Origin: Phoronis australis
Lineage: Eukaryota > Animalia > Phoronida
Direction of reading: 5' to 3'
Assembly: GCA_002633005.1 (NCBI GenBank)
Contig: NMRA01000229.1
Location: 9,628-70,179, forward strand
DNA length: 60,552 nucleotides
Shown here: positions 12,435 through 23,743 of the stretch, one piece after another
Layout of the letters: the number at the start of each line of letters is the position of its first letter
Numbering within the stretch: the stretch's first letter is position 1
Notes under the pieces: generated by a model
The model's input: only the letters and a program-made list of their open reading frames with translations
Told to the model about the DNA's origin: nothing
Databases searched by the model: none
Position numbers and translations under genes: made by a program

Positions 12435-13011
12435 TACCATAAACGTTCGGGTTAACGCCCTGGGTGGTTAAATTGGAAAACCCAAAAAATCGGGGGTGGG
12501 CGGTTAACCGAACATGGGTGCTTATTACGACAGGCAAGCGCCCTGGGCGGTTAATCTTACCTCGTGATCTAAGTACCCACACCACACACGTAGTCGTAGG
12601 CCTACTCGGAACGCGTAGCACTTTTCAAAGAGCGTTATCGTCACGTCGCCACATGACAGGAAAAATGTCATAACAGCGGATGATTATAACAAAGGTTATC
12701 ATTCCCTCAGATTAGTTATACACTATTAAATTTACAGAATTGCTGAGTAATAGCCCCGTGCCGTCCTGCGGTCTTGTTATTTAGCCCTGTAGTGTAGAGC
12801 GCAGACGACCAGTGACCACGCAGCCTCTACTTGGATTGCAACTATTTCATCTTGCTAAAGTGCGCGCGTGCAAGCTTCACGTGTTGCAGAGGTCACAGCA
12901 GACATCAGATTTATGGTTACAGTCTCGTACTAGCTGCCAAGTTCATAGTCAGAGAGCAGTTTTAAAATTGGTTGTAATAAAAGTTTGAAAACCTTAATTC
13001 AGATGTTTTTT
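12435..13011. mobile_element. Probable Tc1/pogo-type non-autonomous element end, running into the gap
   Basis: TACCATAAAC..TAACGCCCTGGG, GGGCGGTTAA and GGGTGCTTAT motifs resemble the termini of the element at 50313-52982. Confidence 0.4.
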
Positions 13012-13964
13012 NNNNNNNNNNNNNNNNNNNNNNNNNNNNNNNNNNNNNNNNNNNNNNNNNNNNNNNNNNNNNNNNNNNNNNNNNNNNNNNNNNNNNNNNN
13101 NNNNNNNNNNNNNNNNNNNNNNNNNNNNNNNNNNNNNNNNNNNNNNNNNNNNNNNNNNNNNNNNNNNNNNNNNNNNNNNNNNNNNNNNNNNNNNNNNNNN
13201 NNNNNNNNNNNNNNNNNNNNNNNNNNNNNNNNNNNNNNNNNNNNNNNNNNNNNNNNNNNNNNNNNNNNNNNNNNNNNNNNNNNNNNNNNNNNNNNNNNNN
13301 NNNNNNNNNNNNNNNNNNNNNNNNNNNNNNNNNNNNNNNNNNNNNNNNNNNNNNNNNNNNNNNNNNNNNNNNNNNNNNNNNNNNNNNNNNNNNNNNNNNN
13401 NNNNNNNNNNNNNNNNNNNNNNNNNNNNNNNNNNNNNNNNNNNNNNNNNNNNNNNNNNNNNNNNNNNNNNNNNNNNNNNNNNNNNNNNNNNNNNNNNNNN
13501 NNNNNNNNNNNNNNNNNNNNNNNNNNNNNNNNNNNNNNNNNNNNNNNNNNNNNNNNNNNNNNNNNNNNNNNNNNNNNNNNNNNNNNNNNNNNNNNNNNNN
13601 NNNNNNNNNNNNNNNNNNNNNNNNNNNNNNNNNNNNNNNNNNNNNNNNNNNNNNNNNNNNNNNNNNNNNNNNNNNNNNNNNNNNNNNNNNNNNNNNNNNN
13701 NNNNNNNNNNNNNNNNNNNNNNNNNNNNNNNNNNNNNNNNNNNNNNNNNNNNNNNNNNNNNNNNNNNNNNNNNNNNNNNNNNNNNNNNNNNNNNNNNNNN
13801 NNNNNNNNNNNNNNNNNNNNNNNNNNNNNNNNNNNNNNNNNNNNNNNNNNNNNNNNNNNNNNNNNNNNNNNNNNNNNNNNNNNNNNNNNNNNNNNNNNNN
13901 NNNNNNNNNNNNNNNNNNNNNNNNNNNNNNNNNNNNNNNNNNNNNNNNNNNNNNNNNNNNNNNN
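13012..13964. other. Assembly gap (N run)
   Basis: Ns. Confidence 1.
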
Positions 13965-14186
13965 GGTCAGATGTATTTAGGGACATTCGTCTGGTCTACG
14001 TTTTGACTGAGGATGTTTTCCAACTTGAGCTTTTATTAAAAATTTACCATGGTGAGTTGCAGTGTGTCAGTGGCTGAGTTGATTTATATCGTTCAAATTA
14101 AAAAGCCACACATAAGCATTTACTTTAATTGTTACTACTTGCCTTTAAGTGAGAATTGCTATTAACTATTTATCACTTGTATACAG

Positions 14187-14468
14187 ACAGAACTGGTAGT
14201 GTTAACATTAACGACTGTGTGGACTGTGTCCCTGGTATGTACTGCCAAGCCTTTGGACTCGCGGAGCCTCCTGCTCTTTGTGACGCTGGCTACTTCTGCC
14301 CTGGGGGTCAAAGCGAGCCACGCCCAACAAACCTTGCCTGCAGTCAGGGTCATTTCTGTCCATGAGGTAGCTGGAACCAGACAGGTTGTCCATCGGGCTG
14401 GTATCAGCCCCACTGGGCCCAGTCAACATGTGACGTCTGTCCTCAAGGACCTTACTGCAAAGCATTTG
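14187..14468 (+). pseudogene. Cys-rich gene exon H (last visible)
   Basis: tacag|RTGSVNINDCVDCVPGMYC..CDAGYFCPGG..CSQGHFCP*GSWNQTGCPSGWY..CDVCPQGPYCKAF|gtaag. Confidence 0.82.
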
Positions 14469-14935
14469 GTAAGATATGAATTATTTTTAATGCACGCTGC
14501 CAGAAAATACAACTTTGAAAAATAGTAGTTTTATCAAATTTATCTTAAAAGTCTTGAGAGGAATCAGAGAAGAAGATCAATTGTTATTCAATGGAAAATT
14601 AGCCAAGAATAGTTACTGTAATGTTTTATTACTACATTTTTGATGAAAAGATGAGATGGTTATTTTTTGGAAACCACCACATCTTCACGGTATTTTTGTT
14701 TTATAAATTAATTTTTTCTGGTATTAACTAACTAGAAATAATGGTGAAAATTGAAATTTGGTTACATTTTTGTATTTAAATGCCTTTCGAGCATTCAAAA
14801 ATGACAATGCATTTGATGTATTTGACCATTAATGTGAGGGTCAGTGCCCAGGTCAGACTGAGATTAGACTAGTATATCTCCTGCAAATACTTCCCATTGT
14901 AATCGTGTACTATATGTTTGTTATTGTTTTTCCAG

Positions 14936-15431
14936 GTGCCAACACTGCGATGTCCTCTGTAGGTAGCATGGGCATGACCTCTTCGGGGGTCATGTCATTC
15001 ATCAATCACGCCAACCTACCACCAGCAACAAGTGTTGCCAGTGCTGCCCTTTCATCACTTTCCTCAGCAATGGCGTCAGTGGGACAACAGCTGCAGCAAC
15101 TGCAGCAGAAGACAACAACTCTGATGAAACTGCAGCAGCAAAAGGCAAAACTCGAACAGAACCTGGCTGACTCGAAGGGAGCGGCCATCTTGTCATCTGG
15201 TTTGACGAGTCTGAGCAGCACTCCGCCAGCCTATGCCTGGCATGACACATTGCCGTCGACGCCCAAAAGTACACCATTATGCATGACTCCGCCTGTTACT
15301 CCACCTAATAGTCGCAGGTACTTGGATAACCTGTGGCTGCAGCACAGACGATGCCATCGGTGCCTGAGGCTGCTGACCATCCACTGGACAATTCAATGAC
15401 AATGAAATCATCAGGCAAATCAGCTGGAAAG
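14936..15431 (+). pseudogene. BIRC6: BIRC6 exon
   Basis: tccag|..LQQQKAKLEQNL..TPKSTPLCMTPPVTPPN..|gtgag; frame breaks after PPN. Confidence 0.8.
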
Positions 15432-16209
15432 GTGAGTTGAGGTCGCTGCAGTGTTAAACATTGCTTGTAAGAATATAAAAACGGAAATTCTTCAACTATT
15501 TATCATACAAATTTGGCGTACAGGTGGAATTTTATGGATTATAAGCTAGGATTGGACAATGTAGATTATCATTTTTGTGCAAAATAAGTGAAAAACTAAT
15601 GTACACTCACCTGTTTATTATTGTTAATTAACTAAATGCACTGAGGCAAAACTTTGCCAAACTTTGTCACATTGTATGCCAGATTTTTTATGACAATAAT
15701 GTGGAACTTTGTCATGATGTTACTCTAGAATTTTTGTCCTGGGAGATGATTTTGACAATTCTAGTTACCAGCTCTTTCAGTCGTAATAGACATGTATTCA
15801 GAATTCCAGGAAACAGGCGGGTGCAAAATCGTTTCATGGAATTTAAAAAAATTTATCCAGGATTGAAATGAATAGTAATGGAATGGATAGTTAGCCACCC
15901 TGATTTACTTTGTCAACCGCTTTATTTTGAACTACTGAATGTACTGGTGTCTGTGAAGACAAATTCCAGGCCCAATGTGGTCTTGGTAACTTAAACTATT
16001 TTATTACACGACCGCTGATACTCCTCTCCTCTGATTACCTTTTAAAGGTGTAATGCTGATTGGCTAGGCATGGGATATTGCTTTTCATTCATTCTGTCCA
16101 TACGTTTGATGCAGCTCTTCATGATCTGACCAACTAGAGGCTGCAGAAACCAAAAGGTTTGAGTCGTGTATTACTAAACATAGCAAGAAGATGATAGAAT
16201 TCAGAACTG

Positions 16210-17760
16210 CTAAAAACATGTCAATCTAACAAGTAACATGTGCCGACTGAGCGTAGTGGGAATACATACCCTATCTGCTCTGAAAACAACACCATTGTAA
16301 GTAGGTAATTGATCTCTGCAATCCCAATAAAGTAATGCAATGTGAGGTACTTGTGACCTATGTTCTGGCCAACCATTCAAAATTAACTGCTCTACACACT
16401 GCAGTTCATCATCTTCGCATGTTGCCATAGCAATCTTATCATGCATACAGTTTGCTAGAGTATCAACCTTGGCAAACCATGAGCTCATCATCCATGATAG
16501 CATGTCATCACCATTGTGAGGTAATCTACTCAAACAATCAGCTAAACCAATAGTAGTACCTTTTTAGTACACCAAATTGAGTGAGTATGGTTGAAGTTTC
16601 AGTATCATTCTTTGAATTCTCATCGGAGACATGCCCATTGGCTTCTTAAACAAACTGTCTAAAGGCTTATGGTCTGATTCAATTGTGACTTCAGGCATAC
16701 CATAAATCACCTTGTGAAATCGAATGCACCCAAAACATACAGCTGACATCTCTTTCTCTATTTGAGCATATCACTGTTCTGTAGGCGCCCTAGAGGCATA
16801 AGCAACAATGCCATCATCCTGAATCACTGCTGCACCTAATCCCTTGGTGCTAGTGTCAACACTTAGGGTAATTGGTTTGTTGACATCTAAGTATTTTAAT
16901 ACAGGGGTGTTATTCAAAGCTTCCCTGATAGTTATATATGCAATCACTCCCAACGCTGACTGCAGTTCTTGTTCATTGATTGGTTCTGGCATATTAACAA
17001 TACCCTGAATTCTCTCTTGGGATGGTTTTACACCATCTGCAGTCAAAACATGACCCATGTAACTAACTTGGGGTTGACTAATCTTAGTCTTACTTAGATT
17101 CAATTTTAAGCTTTGTTTTGTGGCTATCTCAAGTACAGCTGTGAGCCGTTCATCATGCTCTTGAGTTATTTTTCCGTGAATTAGAATATCATGCATCACA
17201 ATTTCTACTCCCGAAATGTGACCAGACATATTTTGCATAGCCCTTTGATAAATTCCTGGGGGAACATTTCAAGCCCATTGGCAATCTAAGATGCCTGTAT
17301 CATCCAAATGGGGTATTAAATGCTGTATAGTCAGAACTTTGCTCACTCAGCCTGATTTGGTAATAACCCATGTTTGCATCAAGTACACTGAAAATTTTAC
17401 TCCCATGTAATCTGGTTACAATATCATCAATTGAAGTCATTGGGTGGTGTTCACGCAAAATAGCCTTATTTAAGCTCGAGGGATCAATGCACAACCTAAC
17501 TCTATTATTGCATTTCCGAACACATACTAAATAATGGAGACACCCAAGGTGTTGGCTCAGTGACTTTCGCAATACTGCCACACCTTTCTAAATGGTCTAA
17601 TTCCACTTTTACTTGCTCTCTGATAGCAGCGACAACTGGTCTGGGAAGGTGAACTACTGGTGGTATCGACGAATCTACCTGAATATCATATTCCTCTGGA
17701 ATACACCCAATTGTTTCTTCAAATACATCACTGTTTTCTTACAAAACTGTCGTAACTTGC
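16210..17760 (-). mobile_element. Degenerate Gypsy (Mag-like) pol fragment: RT, RNase H and start of the integrase region
   Basis: VRLCIDPSSLNKAILREH, FSVLDANMGYYQI, TAFNTPFG, VMHDILIHG (decayed YxDD), VDTSTKGLGA, AYASRA, ESDHKPL, RIQRMILKLQPY, GWP...YWDCRDQL; broken by stops, frameshifts and deletions. Confidence 0.88.
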
Positions 17761-18135
17761 ATTTTGTTTCTTAAAGTCGACTTCAAAAACTCTCTGGGCC
17801 ACATTTAATATCACACTGTCATCACGACCTAAAAAATCTACTTGTTTCCTGTTGTATAGTACAAGAAACTCTAGCATATGTCTTTCATTCTTATAAACCG
17901 CTGTCGGTACAATTTTAACATACGCTTCCTGTGGTTTGCCATGAATACCATTTATCATAAAGAACTCACAGGAAAGTAACATTAATCAGTGTTTGTATCA
18001 TAAAACAAATGTAATAACGACCTATTACTTACGCATATCAGGTCATATGGACCTTGTGTGAGCAATGTTACCATTAAAAGATAGCACTTTCTCAGCCCAT
18101 ATCACCTAGTGTCACCCTCGGGATTAGTCTATGCG

Positions 18136-18486
18136 TATTGGAATGTGTTTGTGACAGGTTTTCTTGGTTTATTTAGCTTAGGTACTTCCTGTACATGTTC
18201 AGTTCAAGTTGTTAATTGTTACCTCTTGACATATATTTAGCTTAGGTATTTCCTGTATATGTTCAGTTTAAACTTATTAATTGCTACCTCTTGACATATA
18301 TTTACAAATCATCCCAGCCCTAGCTAATCTTCCCCATTGGTTAGTTTTATATTTGGCGCACATTCTGATTGGTCGAATAGGTTCACTTGCATGCTATATG
18401 TTAGATTTTTATACTATCACCTCAGAAGCTTTTAATACATCATACAAACCACCTCGGGTTTTATCTTTGTGCAATATAAACCCACA
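18136..18486 (+). repeat. BEL/Pao 5' LTR (351 bp)
   Basis: TATTGGAATG...AACCCACA; matches 23698-23743 plus 34769-35008; contains two ~64-bp tandem units. Confidence 0.92.
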
Positions 18487-18492
18487 TCTTTT

Positions 18493-18506
18493 TGGTGCCG
18501 TGGCTC
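18493..18506 (+). promoter_or_regulatory. Primer-binding site, tRNA-His-like
   Basis: TGGTGCCGTGGCTC, 6 nt after the LTR; near-complement of the tRNA-His 3' end (TGGTGCCGTGACTC). Confidence 0.75.
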
Positions 18507-18524
18507 AGCGCTTCTCACTACACC

Positions 18525-19988
18525 ATGTCAGAAAGCAAGGCACAACTGCTGGCCAGAAGACGAGGCAACCGAGCTTCCTTCACAAAGCGATATCTGCAGC
18601 TCCAAGAAGTCCTCATCAACACTCCACTAAAGGATGTCAGCAAGGAAATTTTCAATTTGACTACAACACTCAACACGCTTTCCGACCTGGATACCTCAAT
18701 CGCTCACTTCGTACCGGAAAATGAGCTGGACACCTTCTACAAAGAGGCGATTGATTATATTGAAGACAGAAAGCAACAACTCATTGACACCAAAAACTCA
18801 GTAAAACCAGTGCAGGAACAACCTTCCTTCGTACCTCCAACTATCACAACGCCGCAGCCTCACCATGGATTTCGACTACCGACCCTACAATTACAGAAGT
18901 TCAGTGGTGATATCATGGAATTTCAACAGTTTTGGGATTTATTCGATGCCAGTGTCCACAGTCAGTCATTACCTCCTGTTCAAAAGTTTGTATATCTGAA
19001 ATCTCTCCTCACCGATGAACCACTTCGACTTATCGATGGACTCTCAATCGACAATAGCAATTACACCATCGCAGTCCAGCTTCTCACAGAGCGATACGGA
19101 TCTACGTCTAAAATCAAATCAGCCCTCATCGAATCTATTACCACCATGGATGCACCCACTAGCCACCTTGCCAGCATCCGTTCATTTTATGACAGCCTAG
19201 AGACGAAATTGCAACAACTACAAGCCACAGAATCATTTGACGGCGATCTTGACATGTCCCCTGAGCAACTGCGCAAATTTCTAAAAACAGAAATTGAAAT
19301 TCTGAATGCCAGTGAACCGCTCACCTCGCCACCTTACGGAAGTGCCACCTTCCACACCAATGCAAGAGGTCAACAAAACCGCCAGACTACGACTCGTCAA
19401 TACCAGAGGGTATGTTTTTATTGTGATGATCACTCACATAACTCTCATTCCTGCCCTAAAGTGATCTCGTATGACGAAAAAATCGCTGCCATAAAAAAGA
19501 AGAAAGCCTGCTTCAACTGTCTTGGAAAGCACATGGTATCAGCATGTAAATCTCGTTTTCGTTGCCGTACCTGCAATAAAAAACATCACACTAGCTTGTG
19601 CTCATCAGGCAATGAACAATCCAATACCAACGACAACGAACCTGCGGCAAACTCAACAACGGTGACACATGTTTCGTCATCTTCGACTGTGCTGTTGAAG
19701 ACAGCAGTTGCAGATGTAACAGCCAATGGTCGTGCAATAACCGCCAATATCCTATTTGATGAAGGATCACAAATGTCTTTTGTAACTAGAGAGCTGGCAA
19801 ATAAACTTCAACTTCGACCCATCCGACAACACAACCTGACGATTGGAACCTTCGGGGATGGTAACACCTCTTCCACTGTCTACGATGTAACTCGTCTCCA
19901 TATTAAGACATTACCATGTTTCCATAGAGGCAGTCATAGTGCCTACGATTACCACTCAATTACAAACTTGCTTGTCAGCCATCCGTGA
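18525..19988 (+). CDS. gag: BEL/Pao Gag and aspartic protease
   Basis: LPTLQLQKFSGDIMEFQQFWDLF (DUF1759-like); three Cys-His knuckles CFYC..H..C, CFNC..H..C, CRTC..HH..C; ILFDEGSQMSFV protease motif; homology switches frame at ~19915. Confidence 0.88.
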   Translation: MSESKAQLLARRRGNRASFTKRYLQLQEVLINTPLKDVSKEIFNLTTTLNTLSDLDTSIAHFVPENELDTFYKEAIDYIEDRKQQLIDTKNSVKPVQEQPSFVPPTITTPQPHHGFRLPTLQLQKFSGDIMEFQQFWDLFDASVHSQSLPPVQKFVYLKSLLTDEPLRLIDGLSIDNSNYTIAVQLLTERYGSTSKIKSALIESITTMDAPTSHLASIRSFYDSLETKLQQLQATESFDGDLDMSPEQLRKFLKTEIEILNASEPLTSPPYGSATFHTNARGQQNRQTTTRQYQRVCFYCDDHSHNSHSCPKVISYDEKIAAIKKKKACFNCLGKHMVSACKSRFRCRTCNKKHHTSLCSSGNEQSNTNDNEPAANSTTVTHVSSSSTVLLKTAVADVTANGRAITANILFDEGSQMSFVTRELANKLQLRPIRQHNLTIGTFGDGNTSSTVYDVTRLHIKTLPCFHRGSHSAYDYHSITNLLVSHP

Positions 19989-22900
19989 TTATCCCCACCT
20001 AAGAGGTTTACAGTTGGCACACCCGTCACCACATGATGGACACTTCCCTGTACAAATACTCATCGCTGCCGACTACTACTGGAAATTTGTCGGAAACCAC
20101 ATCGTGCGAGGGCCTGGCCCTACTGCAGTGAGCTCTAAACTGGGTTATCTAATATCTGGCCCGGTGAACAGCACCCCTTCCACTCCTCAATCATCGGCGA
20201 TCATGTTTATTAGAGCCTTCCATGACACTAACAATGAACTTGAAAAACTATGGACACTGGAGACTCTCGGTATAAACGACACAGACGTGCTACCATCTCG
20301 TGCAGACTATCATGAATTTTATGACAACATCACTCTCTTGGACAGTGGCAAATATGAAGTGAAGCTGCCCTGGAAAACCCAACACGAACCTCTGCCTAGC
20401 AATTATCACACTACTGTGAAACGGACTAAAATCATGGTCAACAAGCTAGAGCCAGCTGTGCGTCAACAATACGCAGACTTAATTGCTACTCAAGTTGAGA
20501 CTGGTATTATCGAACGTGCCATCAACACTGATCCACACCACGAGCACTATATACCACACAAACCTGTGTTTCGCGAATCGGCCACTATCCCACTTCGCAT
20601 AGTTTACGATTGTAGCAGTCGGGCGAACAAAGAATCACCATCACTCAATGATTGCCTAGAAATTGGACCCTCACTGATAAATGATCTGACTGGTATACTA
20701 CTACGTTTCTGCACACACAACGTGGCCATCTCGACAGACATCGAAAAGGCCTTCCATCAGATCCAGATACACCCAGAAGATCGTGATTACCTGAAGTTTT
20801 TGTGGCCAATTGACCCAGACAATCTTGACAGTGAATTTACAGTGTACCAATTTCGTACAGTCTTATTTGGTGCTACCTGCTCGCCGTTCATTCTAAATGC
20901 TGTTCTGAGACACCATTTACAACAGGTCGCCACGGACACTGCTGAAACCATATGCCACAATGTTTATGTTGACAACGTGCTCACTGGCACTCCCACTGAA
21001 AACGCAGCAGTCAACTTTTTCGAAGAGGTTCTGAATGATGGTGGATTTAATCTAAGATCGTGGAGCTCCAACAGTACCGCACTCATGGACATTGCCCGTG
21101 ACAATAATGTTGCCGAAAAGTCCACCACTGTGAAAATTCTTGGAGTTAAATGGAACACTCAAACAGACCAACTGAATATTTCATCTCAGTTTGATCCAGC
21201 ACCACATAGCGACCACCCCATCACAAAGCGTGACATAGTAAGTACTGCTGCTAAACTGTTTGATCCACTCGGACTCACTAATCCAGTTACAGTACGTGCT
21301 AAACTGTTCATTCAGCGACTTTGGATGGACAATTATGGTTGGGACGAGCCCCTCCCATCAAATCTCACGTGCGCATGGCATCAAATCCAAGGTGACATTT
21401 CTCACTGTTCGCAACTGTCGTTGCCACGACAATATTTCCCGAACACGACCGATGATACAGCAGGCCCAATTTCGTTACATGTTTTTTGTGATGCTAGTGT
21501 CAAAGCTTACGGTGCAGTGGCATATATTCAGAAAGGTAATCACACTGCATTCGTTATGTCAAAGACTCGGGCTGCGCCAATGCGTAAAAAGCGGACTCTT
21601 CCTGAATTAGAACTCCTGTCAGCATTAATTGGCTCAAGGTTAGCAATGTACCTGACAAACAGTGGACTTGACTTTATCCACACACATATGTGGTCAGACA
21701 GCCACATAATGTTGCACTGGATTAATAGTACAAAGTCCTTACCCTTGTTTATCAACAACAGAACTAAGGAGATCACTAAGCACACACCCCCACACAGCTG
21801 GATGTATTGTCCAACCCAAACAAACCCAGCTGATTTACTCACAAGAGGTGTCAACTACACACAATTACAGTCATCCATGACCTGGTGGAATGGGCCATCT
21901 TGGATAAACAATGACTGGCCAGACCAGTCATGGAGAAATACCAAGCCTCAGACAGTGTTATTGTCTACCAATGCTCAAGGCAATCCGGATCACAACACAC
22001 CAGTCCCTGGAGTACATAACCTACTGGACATTAGTGAATTTTCATCCTACACTCGTCTCCTACGTGTCACATCATGGATTAACCGATTTCTTGACTGTCT
22101 ACGTAAAATTCCTCAACATACGTCTCCAACATTGACAGCAACTGAACTTAGTAAAGCTGAACAGCAATGGATACTTGCCGTGCAACACTCTATGTTTGCT
22201 GTGGAGCTACACCATATGAAATCAGGCTCGAGAAAACAACCCACAGTACACAATCTGAAACTGTTTGTGGATGCCAATGATATCATTCGAAGTGCAGGTA
22301 GGATACACAATGCGTCTGTCCCCGATGACGCGAAATTCCCCATCTTGTTGCCATCCAAACATCGATTCACGGAACTAGTCATCCGCGATGCTCACTTACG
22401 TTTTTTGCATAATGGTGTTAAAGCTACAGCTACTTTCCTACGTCAACGCTTTTGGATACCCCAGATACGGCAACGTGTTCGTGCAGTAACACGTACTTGT
22501 GTCCCTTGTCGCAAAATAGTTGGCACGCCATATCGCGCCCCTAATCCACCACCTTTACCAGCAGATCGTGTTCGTGATGCAGAACCTTTTGAAATAACAG
22601 GAGTAGATTACACTGGACATTTGTCAATTAAACAGCATCATGGACGTGACTTGAAAGGATACATTTGTCTTTTCACATGTGCCACCACACGCGCCATTCA
22701 CTTGGAATTACTTCAAGACATGTCAGTACTTTCATTTCTCCAGGCATTTAGACGTTTTGTCAGTAGACAATCAGTGCCTCGCATTTTGTTATCTGATAAT
22801 GGATCGAACTTCCAGGGATCTGTAACAGATATTCAACACCTTATGGACTCTGACAATGTTCAAAATCACCTGGCTCACCATCGCGTGCAATGGAAATTCA

Positions 22901-23505
22901 TCCCTCAGCGTGCCCCGTGGTATGGTGGTTTCTGGGAAAGACTGATAGGCATTACCAAAACGACGATTAAGAAAATACTTGGACGATCGAAACTTCACTT
23001 TGAGGGGATGCGCACTCTGCTCGTTGAATGTGAGTGTCTTCTTAACGACAGACCAATCACATTTCTGTCTAGTGACATACAGGACCCCGATCCGCTTACT
23101 CCGGCTCACTTATTGCATGGGCGCCGCCTCAGTTGTTTACCGTTCAATTCAGTGGATGATGATGAAATCGACGACCCAGATTTTAGGGCGTCAGCAGTAG
23201 AGCAACGATACGTAAGACGTTCCAACCTGTTACATGCCTTTATTCGGCGATGGAAATCCGAATATCTTACATCTCTTCGCGAGTATCACACTATCAAATC
23301 TGGTTGCCAATCCGTGAACATAAGTTGTGGTGACATCGTTCTTATACATGACAAAAATACCCCACGTGTCATGTGGAATATGGGCAAAGTGGAAAAACTC
23401 TATCGCGGTAACGATGGACATGTGCGTTCTGTGGTTCTCAAAATGAAAAACGGACTAACCAGTAGACCCGTTAGAAAACTTTACCCTTTGGAAGCGTCAG
23501 CATAA
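19939..23505 (+). CDS. pol: BEL/Pao Pol (RT, RNase H, integrase), 1188 aa uninterrupted
   Basis: LRIVYDCS, DIEKAFHQI, FGATCSPF, YVDN, FDPLG, FCDAS, ELELL, WSDS, NPAD, H..H..C..C, GVDY, SDNG, WYGGFWERL, RPVRKLYPLE. Confidence 0.95.
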   Translation: MPTITTQLQTCLSAIRDYPHLRGLQLAHPSPHDGHFPVQILIAADYYWKFVGNHIVRGPGPTAVSSKLGYLISGPVNSTPSTPQSSAIMFIRAFHDTNNELEKLWTLETLGINDTDVLPSRADYHEFYDNITLLDSGKYEVKLPWKTQHEPLPSNYHTTVKRTKIMVNKLEPAVRQQYADLIATQVETGIIERAINTDPHHEHYIPHKPVFRESATIPLRIVYDCSSRANKESPSLNDCLEIGPSLINDLTGILLRFCTHNVAISTDIEKAFHQIQIHPEDRDYLKFLWPIDPDNLDSEFTVYQFRTVLFGATCSPFILNAVLRHHLQQVATDTAETICHNVYVDNVLTGTPTENAAVNFFEEVLNDGGFNLRSWSSNSTALMDIARDNNVAEKSTTVKILGVKWNTQTDQLNISSQFDPAPHSDHPITKRDIVSTAAKLFDPLGLTNPVTVRAKLFIQRLWMDNYGWDEPLPSNLTCAWHQIQGDISHCSQLSLPRQYFPNTTDDTAGPISLHVFCDASVKAYGAVAYIQKGNHTAFVMSKTRAAPMRKKRTLPELELLSALIGSRLAMYLTNSGLDFIHTHMWSDSHIMLHWINSTKSLPLFINNRTKEITKHTPPHSWMYCPTQTNPADLLTRGVNYTQLQSSMTWWNGPSWINNDWPDQSWRNTKPQTVLLSTNAQGNPDHNTPVPGVHNLLDISEFSSYTRLLRVTSWINRFLDCLRKIPQHTSPTLTATELSKAEQQWILAVQHSMFAVELHHMKSGSRKQPTVHNLKLFVDANDIIRSAGRIHNASVPDDAKFPILLPSKHRFTELVIRDAHLRFLHNGVKATATFLRQRFWIPQIRQRVRAVTRTCVPCRKIVGTPYRAPNPPPLPADRVRDAEPFEITGVDYTGHLSIKQHHGRDLKGYICLFTCATTRAIHLELLQDMSVLSFLQAFRRFVSRQSVPRILLSDNGSNFQGSVTDIQHLMDSDNVQNHLAHHRVQWKFIPQRAPWYGGFWERLIGITKTTIKKILGRSKLHFEGMRTLLVECECLLNDRPITFLSSDIQDPDPLTPAHLLHGRRLSCLPFNSVDDDEIDDPDFRASAVEQRYVRRSNLLHAFIRRWKSEYLTSLREYHTIKSGCQSVNISCGDIVLIHDKNTPRVMWNMGKVEKLYRGNDGHVRSVVLKMKNGLTSRPVRKLYPLEASA

Positions 23506-23687
23506 ACTGCATGATACGGACTCTATATAACTTACTCGATTGTGACATATATATCTTGTTTACTATGCTTATTGTCTGTCTTGTTTCACATTTGTTTGCT
23601 GTTTTATTTCCGTATTGACTTCTTTAATGTTTGCCTGATTTATTTCTGGTTTCGACCATTTACTATTATGTTCAACATTTTTCGCGC

Positions 23688-23743
23688 CCGGGGAGAATAT
23701 TGGAATGTGTTTGTGACAGGTTTTCTTGGTTTATTTAGCTTAG
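23688..23743 (+). repeat. PPT and first 46 bp of the BEL 3' LTR
   Basis: CGGGGAGAA followed by TATTGGAATG...TAGCTTAG, identical to the 5' LTR start. Confidence 0.9.

Larger units (their letters stand above)
7760..14468 (+). pseudogene. Unprocessed pseudogene fragment (8 exons) of a large Cys-rich repeat protein (GCC2/GCC3, ephrin-receptor-like/TNFR-like CPxGxYCP repeats)
   Basis: GT-AG exons with compatible phases encode CPPGKYCP, CPAGTY, CTPGHYCP, CPLGQYC. Lesions: 1-nt deletions at ~7837 and ~10110, an 11-nt duplication at 8870-8880, in-frame TGA at 14363. Confidence 0.85.

Noticed and set aside
12985-13986. 330-aa ORFs, and ORFs at 51878-52288
   Set aside because: They are translations of N gaps.
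14363-14365. In-frame TGA as selenocysteine or readthrough
   Set aside because: The same gene has three frameshifts and the TGA is not at a Cys position of the repeat; simple decay is more likely.
15670-15900. LTR of the minus-strand Gypsy
   Set aside because: Some LTR-like motifs, but no partner LTR, PPT or defined termini.
18281-18724. 147-aa ORF and its near-duplicate at 34803-35051
   Set aside because: Incidental translation of the BEL LTRs.
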